Below are positions 40,801-52,800 of a DNA stretch of 64,000 nucleotides, piece after piece. The notes under the pieces are model-generated. The model did no database searches, was not told the origin of the DNA, and was given only the letters and a program-made list of their open reading frames with translations. A program made the position numbers and the translations under genes. This stretch comes from Phallusia mammillata (taxonomy: Eukaryota): positions 8,432,001 to 8,496,000 of the forward strand of contig OZ281501.1 in assembly GCA_965637545.1 (NCBI GenBank), written 5' to 3'. Position 1 is the first letter of the stretch. Each line of letters opens with the position of its first letter.

Positions 40801-43800
40801 TCATATGTTTGTTCAACGTCGATTATGTGGCGAACCGCAACGTACATCATAAATCACAAAAGTGCGAGTCAGATATTTGGAATTCGAGCTGTAATTCATC
40901 AGCGTGTGTTGTTTGCAGTCATGCATTACTGCCCACTTTGATAAAGCACAACATTTAACCCAAAGTGAGGTATATTAGATACACAGCAAAGTTGTTTTTT
41001 CGGCAAATTTTAGTGTTTAGTTTTTTTGTAAAAACTTTGAAAAGTTCATAGTGGATTTTTTAACCTTATAGTACCATTGTAATGCATTATTGTGGAGATT
41101 AGTAGAGCATAATAATATTTTTCAATATGATTAAGTACACAACAAAAACGTGTTTCCTCCTGGACAAAATCATCTGTTGGTTCAATGGCCAGTAAGGTCA
41201 TTCCATTTTGGTGACAATTTAACACGGGTCAAGTTTTACATTACACGGTAATAAGTGGGAGTGTACACAGATCACTGCACACCGGAATAACACGCAAGAA
41301 AACGATCCTTTATAGTTACACAAGACGTGGTGGTTTGGTAACGCGGAAACGGCTTGGTGCATTCACCTTCCGTTAAGGAAATCCCACTGACAACAACACG
41401 ACTGCTCTGTTTATGGAAAGACTATGCAAGGCTGATCGTGTGAACACGTTTGGATTGTGAGTTGGGGGCATTGTGGCTATACTTAGAACAACACGTAATT
41501 AGGCGAACAAGTAAGAGCAGGGAAAGTTTTGCTGAGTAAACAATACTGCATAGTTAAATTTAAGAAAAAGGGCTTTTGAAAACGAATAACGTTTTCTGAA
41601 GGAGGACGAACGTGAAATGTGTCATAGATTCAATGCAAAAACTGAAAACTTTGGTAATAGAACAAACAAATTGGAGGAATCAAACCAAACGTAACTTAAT
41701 TGTATTGGTAGATGTTCAGGAGCAAATTATTGCAAGTTAACGATAAAGGTGAACTTGTTTCTGACGCTTTGAAACACCTGATTCTCAACTAATACATCCT
41801 ACATTTACTACTGATAGTCTTAATGGATAATAATTTATCAATGCTAAACACAAATATTTTTGCTCAATTTTTATTCAGTCAGTGATAAAATGTAAAGCAT
41901 GTTTTCGATGTTACTTTGGCAGCATCAGTTCGTAAAACTGCTAACACTTTCGGTTTATCTTTAAGCGAACCATTGGTTTTACAAAAAATCTTTTCCTGAA
42001 AGCTATCCATTAAAGACACCACAACAAGCAAAAAACAAACGATTTAGGCAAGTGATGACATGCATTATCTCCATGATGGTAATCCCTCACTTGTATGCAT
42101 GGCAGGTGGGATTGGGGTTAGATGGCTGGTTAGTTGCGCATCAACACATTCATGTACTGATACAGAGCCTGTCAACACTTCACTTAAGTGATCTTGCATC
42201 GCGTAAATACCACTGTTCAAGTTACACCAACCAAGATATGCAATGGAATGATAAATAACTGGACTTTGTTAAACATGCAAAAGAACGATGACCCCAAAAG
42301 TACAACGTTTCAATAGACAATGGAGACACCTATACGGTTGTTTGAAAATCGTATGGATTTCCAAGACATACTTTTTCTGTTAACTGTGGTCCACCACCTT
42401 TACTGAAGGTCTAAGAATTGCCCACAATGAGTCATACAACGATAACATCACACCTACTATACACTTGTAACTGCATGCCACACCTACAAACTACAAGTGC
42501 TATATCGTTGTGTAAAGATGAAAAATGAGACTTTTGTTCAAAAATTCACGGGCAGCAAAAATACGAAAAATGTTTTTGTAAAAATGGACAAAACTAGCAA
42601 AACCTAATGTTTTGATTATTCTTGTAGATTTGCCACGTAAATGCACTGGAAAAACAATACACATAAGATTATACGTTGTTTTAAAGTTTAACGTGTACGG
42701 TGCAACATTTGCTTGGATATATTCAACTTGAAACAAATGCAAAATACCCACTCCGAACAAGAGTTGAAATCGTTTAAAAACCAGGGTAACCAGTGTTACT
42801 GGACCCTTTGGGCTACTTTTATCGAAATGCGTTTTTTTTCATGAATTGTTGATTGTGTCTTTCTGACCGGGACTTAAAATGATAACTTCTGCGTTATAAG
42901 GGGCATTAATTGCATCGTTCAAAAAACGCACTTAGTTCAATTTTGACAAAAAACTAATTACACGTCCCAGAGTGTCGAAGATCAAAGCAAAATAATGCTG
43001 TTTTGTTTATATAAAAGCAAAATTTAAAACCCCAATGAAGTTCTTATTAGCAAAGTTAAAATTCTGAATTCCTCATCGGTAATGACTTAGTATTTAGCAA
43101 TAGCATCAGTTTTCCCATGACACAGTAACCGTCAACTAATGAAAGTGATTGACTGAGTATGGGTTGTGTTTAGTAAGCTCGCTTTAAGTTTCACACCAGA
43201 GCTAACCGCGGCGTTTTAGGATCTGTCATCAATAGTAAAGTGAAACTGGTTATTCTCGTTAAAGCTGATTGATCTCAAAACGCAAAAGTTAAACACGGCG
43301 GCCATGCTTTTCTAACGCCGATGCCACCCTGCACGCTAGGGCATAATTTGCATTGTTTTAAAAATGTGTGAGAAATCTCGTAACAGATTACCTAAATAGG
43401 AATTTTAAGTTTCATGAACTCTCACCGTTTGGGATTGAGTTTCTAGGTTTGTAAAAAGTGCCTCAATTAAACACATGGAATTCATAACGAAATTTACATA
43501 AAGACTGTGGTTGGTGTATGTTTCTGTAAAAGTAAGCAAGGATCCCTTAACTCAGAGCTTCTTGGTCGAGTTTTTATTTACCTACAAAAGGTAAACTTGA
43601 CAAAGGGGTTTAAAATAAGCAAGTAAAACATTGTCGGCCAAAACTATTTTGTAAATCTTTAAATGGATCATCAAAAGAGACGATATTAAGAACCTCTGTC
43701 TAAAAACTAAACTCCATGACATACGATGCAACATTGTTTAGAACCACGCAATCAAAGTTAGCAGCTGAAAATAATAAACAAACAAAACAATATGTCCACC

Positions 43801-46800
43801 CGCTGGTCACTGCGTCGGTAAATAAGCGAGACCGATTTAGTTTCCCACGAAGGAACTGGCCGTGTTCGATATTCGACACAGACCAACAAGGCAATTACAA
43901 CGCAGCGTGTCATGGGAGGTTAATCGCAGTGCACGATCGTCATGTATCGGGAAATCTAATTTCAGCCTTGCATTGACACAGCGCCAATTGTGTGCAGCAC
44001 AGATTCATTTATTACTTCCTGTTGGTCAAGCAATCAGTTTCAAATAGCTTTTCACCGGATATTGACATAAAACCAGTATACATGTAAGTTTTTAACGGGC
44101 CTAGCTCTTGTGTTCAAAGTATCAAGTAAAACACTCACTTTAAAAATTCTCAAATTTGCAAATCTATTTCAAAGAATATTATTGTTTGGCATGCTTTTGT
44201 GCTGTGTCCGCATTATACCCGTAGCTATAACATAAAGTATACACAAAACAGTTCATATAGATTCGTTTAATGGTGGATTATTGTGTAATGAGATAATAAA
44301 GTAGATTGCCTTTTAAGTGATAAATTTGTTCCGCCCTGTCAAAGACAATACACTGGAAATTAGACAGAGCAATACATCAATTACCCAGCGTGATCGATTT
44401 GGCTGTCATACAACGCAAAGTCAGACATCACTTAACTACTGTGGAACTAATTTACACGATTAAAAGTAATGAACTATCTGCCACGTGGTAAATCTGTTCA
44501 GTCTAATGTAATAATAAAGGACATTATTTTCCAATTACCTCTTTTAATAAATCAATATCTTTTTTCACTGACAGTAATAACATAAACTATATTAAACATC
44601 TAAATCCTGATCAAACATGACCAAATTTTACCTTTTTACCAAACTTATTACAGCTTATTTATTTAAAACATATCACTTTTTCACTGTCATGTCCTATAAT
44701 CTTAGTGTGTGTTTTTAACTTATCACACAATAGGTAAACACAACTGTCCAACCATGGTCACCAACAAAACTGCTGCAAAATAGTGCTGATCACTATAACC
44801 CAAGGGCACGCAAGTTGCAACAATACGTCGCGTAAGGTCAGGCAAGGTTCGACTATCAATAATGTAAATGTGCTGTTAGTTTGGATGGGTCTGTCAAGTT
44901 GGGCGATGCTGCATTAGATTGTATCGCTCAAAGCAGCAGATCATCGGCGGGGAAATATGCCAAGCTGAGTGACGAGCGGTTCGTTACATGCCGAGCAGTC
45001 AGTGATTAATCATTTATGTCGGAATTGTTTCAAGACTGCCTGAAAGATCGGTTCAACAAGGCATTTAATGTTGTTTTAAGCTCAAAACGCATATGAAAGT
45101 GTAACAAATCTTAAATAGCGGCCAATAAGGCGAGATTTCAATATCAAGAGAACAATTAAAGTGAACAATCAGCCCTTCTAGACGCTGTTGTACTAACGAA
45201 AATAAAAAACAACAACATAGAAACACATTTCACCCCAAAAAACAAAGTAAAACTTGGGAATGTATATTTCGTCTAAAATAGCGTAGACAATTCCGTAGTT
45301 AAATCGGACCTGTCTTTTGCGATAGATTCACTATCTTTGGCAGATAAAAAATAAATAAAAGGCTCTTTTTACCCAATTCATATTCTTAGTACATGCATGA
45401 AACAAATCTTAGGAAAGCTTACTTGTGGTGTGTTAGTAAGTTGAGGAATCGTAAAATCAAGTTCTTGTACGGATCTCAAAAGATCATCGATGTCTTGTCG
45501 TTCCTTCTCACTTATTTTTTCAGTGTCAAGATCTTCGCTTGGTTTTGATGGGTGGAAAACCGGTGTCACGTGAGCAGGTGGGCGCCGCGGCAAAGTGGCG
45601 CTTACTACGTGCTGGGGGGCAGCTTCTGTGGTAAAAATGAACATAATATTTTTTTGTGATTTTTAAACATAGGTATTTAACCGCCAATGTGTTCATAAAA
45701 AATGTCAATTTGTTCGCTTAAGGCTTTGCTGAAATTACCTGATACAACTGGTGCAGAAATCGTAAAACTGTGTCGTTTTGCTGCATCTTCTTTCTTCTTT
45801 TTCATTTTAATCTAAATATCGCATTATTAAACTATTAAACATTTCACGATAATTTGGTGACCCATTTGTAGACAACGACTGTTAAATCGTCTACATTAGA
45901 ATGTATTCAGTAAATACAATTTCCATGGCAACTTTGTTTTTGATCAAACTGCACCCGGTTAAGTCTTAAGGGTTTCTTTGGCAAAAAATACTTCTATCTA
46001 ATCGGCAACATACGAACCGTATTTGAGCATTTTTTCATTCATTCATATTGTTAAACCAGCAGTATTTTGCAAACAATATAATCTGGCTACAGAAAATATT
46101 CAAAAATGAAAAAGATTTACTCGTTGTTCCTCGAGCCACAGAAGCTTCTTTCTGGTGTTTTCAATTTCTTCCTGCATACGTCTTTCCTCTTCCTCCAGTT
46201 CATCATCCATAGGACCAGAATCATCAGCAACTTGTGTTAAAGTTTCAGGTTGTACAGCTTTTGCTGTTTCGGGTCGATCAACTTCTTGCATGGGAACCGT
46301 CTGTATCAAGTAATAAAAAAATCTAAAAAACTTAGATACAGTCAACTTTGAAAATTGGTTTTGCACAAAAAGTTGTTGATTTTTACCAACGTTATGCCAA
46401 ATTGTTTCTTTTCAATCATCAAATAAAGAAAGAGTGCTCAAACATATAACTACTATAAATCTTTGATAAAACGGTTAAATTTAGATTGTTGTTAACAAGT
46501 ACAAATGTAACAGTTTACATGCGAACACTTGCAATTTAACTCTACCATAGCACAGGTGGGTCTGCTAAAAACCGACCGGCGAAAATGTTTCATTTTACAA
46601 CACAAACAACAGTGCCATTGTCTGCAGTATGCGATGCATGCTTACTGTTAAGGGGAATGTGGTGTTGAAACAAAGCTGCGTTAAGACTTCATAAGCGCCA
46701 GTGCAATCACAACCACCTACCGCGTTGTTCTGGTCGGCGAACACGTTCTTGATGTGAATAATTTGAATCTCAGCTTCTTTGGGAGCAGGAATATATTCGA

Positions 46801-49800
46801 TGACTGGCTCGGGATATTGGGTTGCCGACGTCTCATTGGGTTCAACAAAGTCATCACCGGTGCCAACGCATTCACTTTTACTCTCCACCGATAACGGCAT
46901 TTCGTGGACTCGCACTTGCGACACGTCATGCATGACGTCAGTATAGGATGATGACGTAACAGTCGTGGACGCAACTGTACTTCTGTCCAGAGTCGGGCTT
47001 AGGCGCACATCTGAGGATGTTGAAATGACCGTCGCACTACCATCGATGCCACTGTCGACGTCACTATTGGACATTGTGACGTGGAGATTTGTGGTAATTG
47101 CGCTGCCAACCGAATGACCGGAGTCAAGACTATTTTTGTGGCCAGCACGTGGTGCCTCATTTGTCTGTAAATCGTCTATAGTAGAGTATCCGCCACTCTC
47201 CAATAATCTAGCATTGTTGCTGTTATTATCATCAACAGTAGAAGTGACTAAAATGGCTTTACGAGCTGGAATCGACGTTAAAACAACATCTCTAACTGGT
47301 AAAGCGTATTCAGGACCCTTCTCTTCAAACCGTACATCAGTTTCTAAAGTAGGATAATCCGGTTGTTGTGGGCTGAAGGTAGGTCCAAGATCAGGTACAT
47401 CCGAAAATCCAGTGTCATGTTTAGGTTGAAAACCATCCGGTTGAGTGACAGAGTGTGCTTCGGTGTCAGCGAGACATTCGTTAACCAGTGCCATAACGTT
47501 ATCCACATCAACTTGACTTAAGTGGTTTTCTGAGGTTGGTTGTAAGTTTTCCATATCTTTTTCTTCTGCTGTTGCTTCTTCTTTTGATTGGTCTTCAGTT
47601 TCTTCAATGGCGTCGTTACTTTCCAAATCAGTATGCACTTCTAGAACGATTGGTATTTCGGGCTTATTCAACACTTCTACATCGGTTGGTTCGGTTACGG
47701 AAAAGCTATAAAAGAAACAAAAAATAATAAATGTCACAGCAAAGCAACGTCGGATATTCGCTTATGGGACAAACTGTATTTTTGTCGTATTTTAATTCTA
47801 AAACTCCACAATCCGTTATGTCGCATGTTTACTGTACACTATAATTCATGTGAATTTCATCAATATGAGTTTAGGCATGTGCAGCATTAATTGCTTTCAG
47901 CGCTTTTTGCAGGGATCTAAGTAAGCAGGTAGGCTTTAAATACGACCGTAATCCACACGAACTGCTATGACCCTTCAGGAGCACTTGCGTAATTACAGCA
48001 CCTGTAAACACACAGGATTAACACACACACATATTTGTTCAACCATTAAGGTAAAGAATGGTTTGTCGCTTGCAGTGTGCATTCTTTGGCTGCGCGACCT
48101 TTAGTGGTAGATGAAGCTAAGTTGGTAATGAATTTACTATATTTTTCGTCCGTAAAACAAGTACAAACCCTCTGCATTAAATTACAAGGTCGAACTCTTT
48201 CTGGCAGCTCAATTGCTTGGCTGTAAATTACGGGACAGGACTACACAAATTTATCTCAGCGGTATACGACTAGCAATAACAGTGAACAGCATGCTATCTG
48301 TCCTAAATGAAGTAATTCCCCAACTGGTCTATCCATGCTACACAAACACTACTAAGCCTAAATATCGTTATGTGCACGATATATTTGCTCGACATGATTG
48401 GAAAAAAGGTACAACAACTTGCTGCATGTTGCTCTGCGCAAACTTTTGTGAAAACCATCTTTCCGGTTCCTTGTTTACACGCTTGGTTAATGATAAACCC
48501 ACTGTCACGGACATGTGTTCGCAAGAATGTTGGGTTACAAGATCATGTTTGCCTACTATCAAAATACATTAAAGAAATCCAAATAGCAACCATAGTACCA
48601 GAAGTTATTTAGCTCAGCGTTATAAATTTATGAGTGTTTATAAACAGCTGAATATGACAAAAAAAAAAACACTTTTTACCAACAAAAACTACATGCCGTT
48701 AATTATATTCTACACGCCGTGTTTAAATAAAGACAATTCTACCTGACAAATTTCATTGCGAATTTCGGTACACTTACTCACAGCAATGTTAGTCCAACTG
48801 GACCACCGCGCTCGCAGCTGTACTAGTATCCTTCGCAAATAGTGCAATGGATGCAAGGTCCATTAGTCAAACGAGTCGACTATCACTCTGCACGAGAGCA
48901 GATAACAAACGTCGCAAAAAACACAAACGATGGCTGACCGCTCCAATCCTACAGAACAGATCGATAACGTACAGAGATACTGTTGCCACATTCACATTTC
49001 ATCCTTTTTTTCAGCCGGGCAAAAACACACGCATAGTCGGGCTATTGTTTCTACGTTTGACCTCTAGTCTCTGCGCTTTCCAACAATTATCTGCCCTTTG
49101 AGTGTAACCACTTTGTGGCCAAAATAACTTACTGAAATTAGCAGTGATTGTCTGCACTTCTTTTTCCCCAATGCAGAAAAATTAAATGATCAAATACATT
49201 AATATGGACAAGGTGTGTGGAAAATAACATGTTTGCGCTTTTATCCGTACAGTTACAAAAACGAACTGTGAAGAAATAACCAACAAAGTATTTCTAGGAA
49301 CTATTAAACTCTCGCATGTTGGTGACGCTAAACTCATGATTATATTTATGCCTCTCTTCTAATCATAAGGCAAGATTGTAAATCCGTATATATACACAAG
49401 ACCAGAGTCTACGTGGATTTCCGTATGTCTCATCCATTAAACTCGATAAGTGATCTGTTCTAGGTTATTGTGAGTCGAGACTTCTAATAAAGTGTACCTG
49501 CCTGTCTACCTCTCATCCTAATGTTAAAACACTACAACTAAAAATCTGAACGCATTTAGTTCAGTAGGATTAAATAAGTTCTTCACGCTCGACTCCGAAC
49601 AACACTGAGCTTGAGTTCGTTTCATTGAACGTAATTTGATCACAATGCCCAACTGCAAACAAATTAGACCAGGCGTAAGTATTTTGGTCAGGAAACGCGT
49701 GAAATCTACCACAAACACGCGGCGCTCTCATTGGAATTAGCTCTAATATCCACTCTCCTAAGCTGCCGACTTTCATGACTGCACATACCGCAACGCAAGG

Positions 49801-52800
49801 TAACTGAAAACCGTAGCCGGCGAACTCGTCGCAAGCCTTACAAGGTGCAAAACCGTTGAAGCGGCGCGCGTGCCACGAAAGTTACGTCACTTACACGACG
49901 TATCCGGTGGACTGGGCAAAGCAAAACGGCGACGAATGAGGCAACCTATGTGATTAGTGCCGTAAGCTCAAGTGACCTACGCCCGCAAAATACTGTGATA
50001 AAACAGGCCCAACGTGATAATTTGGCTTTAATTGAGGCCCAACTTACATGTGTTTTTGAAAGAGTATGAGACGAACACATAACAAGTTTATGAGTTGTAA
50101 CGTTTGCGCTACTTCGTTGGCATTAAACAGCATACTACAAACATTTACTCCTATGTAATGCATTGGAAGTACAATTAGTCATAATCGTACATGTATTCCC
50201 AAATGTACATTTAGTCCTAATCACCTGGTCCTATAAAATTCTGTGCATCACTCTGGGCATTTAAGTAAGCTGTTCAACATAAATGTGTTGCAGTTGGAAT
50301 CACTGGCAAGTGTAAGAGTAACAATATACACTTCGGAAATTTCGTTAGATAAGTTGCATAATTATTTTAAACGAAACTTGGAGTTATAGTTAGTAAACGA
50401 ATTGTAGCCTGGAGCATAATTGCAAATCCACACCCTTCCAACACAGTTATGTTAAAAATGTGTCGAAATAAAAAAAATGTATCTAATATGCAACTGACCT
50501 GGTTTGTGGGGGAACTTCTCGAACTGTCGTAACCTCCGATTCCGTCAACAGTTCATTGTCGGTAAATTTATCGTCTCCCTCATCCGATATTCCATCTACG
50601 GTATCATGAGTATCCAAGTGTTCTTCATGTTGTTTAATCATTACAACTTCAGTGGTAACGGTTAGTGACGTTTGTGTTACGTCACGCAATAAATCTACGC
50701 TTTCGAAAGCTTGTGACGTAACGGGTGGTAATAATAAGTCCGATTCTTTGGAGATTATTTCAGTTTTGTCAACAGGGTTTCGTAAATTCTTATCTTTCAT
50801 TTCATATCCTGCAAAATGCAAAAAAAAAGTTTTATTGGTTTAACTTTGAAACACGCTTTATAAAACTGATTACATATCATTTATAAGTTAACTCCACAAA
50901 AAAATAATACGAAATTCAAAATAATACAAAACATTTTATCTCACACAGGCAGAAATATTTTAAAGGTGTTTTGAGAAATTTGTTAAGTGCCACGGCATGA
51001 TACTGAATGATAGGTATGTGGAATCATAAATTCCAGTGGTATTTGTACAAACAAAATTAAAACCACATTTGCTAAAAAGTCGCACCATCAGCATTCCAAA
51101 GACAAGTGCTTCTTTTTATACATACCCTCAAGCAGACTCAGTGGGTAAAAATACATGTTTGTTGCACGCACAAGGAATTTGCGATTTCATACAGACTCAA
51201 GAGCAGACATACCGATAGATTTTAGGCGAATATTTCGAAGTAGGTGGTCACGTATAAATAGTGGGATCAAAACTTTCGACCAACGCTCACAAACCAGACT
51301 CTCTATGCATTAAACGATTAGTATTCACACAAAAGGTGGCCTTTGTTGGAAGCGAACACCCCAAACACATATACCCCATATTTATCTACAATTTTTGGTT
51401 AGTTATCATTAGGATTTGACGGTATTATATGCTACAGAACCTACAGTACGCAGACAAAGATCACAGAAAGCCATTTTTCTTGTAGGTCACCGCAACATAC
51501 GCGAGTTTTACCACACTGCCTATTAATCACTATTCCGTAGAACTATAGGCATCCGCAGTTATAAATGCCATAAAATTGAACACATCTTTCGAAGACATTT
51601 ACGATACAGGTATAGACGATACTGCACACTGTAACACAGATAACTTTATGTTTAAGGGGAACGTTATTAAGGCCAAGTGCTGCAAATTACCGACCAACAT
51701 TTGGTCAAGATAGAAACATAAGGAATAAACGTTATGGAACCTTATCACTTACAGCAGGGGTGGCCAACCGGTCGAAGCTTAAGAGCCATATTTTTTATTG
51801 TGTTACCACAAAGAGCCACATTATACACATAAGCACATATGTTTAATGCCTCGTCCTTTCCTCCAACACTCAGAGACCTGTGCTTAGCCAGATTTATTCT
51901 AAATGTCGCACATGCACCAACATAATAATGACACAATTTTTTTGACTTGTATAGAGTATAGACCACGGGTCAGTCATTTTCAACAATAAATGATTTGCAC
52001 TGTCTAGCACACACAAACTCTCAATTCAACGAATCCAACAAACAAAAACATATGAATTAAAAACCCCTTTTTTCTCATTCTATAAGTAACGTGCGGTGAG
52101 ATTCATGTCTGGTGAATTGCTAAAATCTTTTTTCACCGCCATTTTGAAGGTTAACTTGACAAAAATTGTGATTTTCCCTGCTGAAAAACTTTGCGGTATT
52201 TTCATCTAACGCGCATGCGCCCTAAACTAGGCGCCGAATTTCACAAAAATGCAAAGTGGCGAAACTAAATTCATTTCGACGTCACTGATGCAATCAGCAC
52301 CAACAATCGCTCAATTCAAAGCCAAGACAAACTGCCCATAAAACATAACGTTTGCCATAACCCGAAGAACAACGGATTGAAGCATTAAATTTACTTTGGA
52401 ACACATTTGTTGTAAATATTGCTGTTGCTTTGTGTCTCATTCGCATACGCAATGATGAGCAACCATTCATTGTTCAACAAATCAATATATGCCATCATAA
52501 TCAAGCCATTTGCCACATAAGGTTGCAGTTTTAAGGCAAGGTTACCGTTTGTGGCCATACAGATAATAAGTTTGTTCAAAAGCAAAATTGTTAAAGCTTT
52601 ACTTCAAATTTAACTATTTTTGTACCAGATTGTCACATACTAACCAAAATATACACAGTGACCCCAAACTTCGACAACGATGTAAGAGCCGCATAAAACC
52701 AGGCGAAGAGCCGCATGGTGGCCACCCCTGACTTACAGTGTTGACAAAAATAGTGTTCATTTTGTATACAACTTTAGGTTGTAGCACATTTCGCAATAAA

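Noticed and set aside
52391-52585. Identical-looking 64-aa ORFs at 52391..52585 and 63359..63553
   Set aside because: Duplicated only because both lie inside the hAT MITE copies; no domain; TTG start
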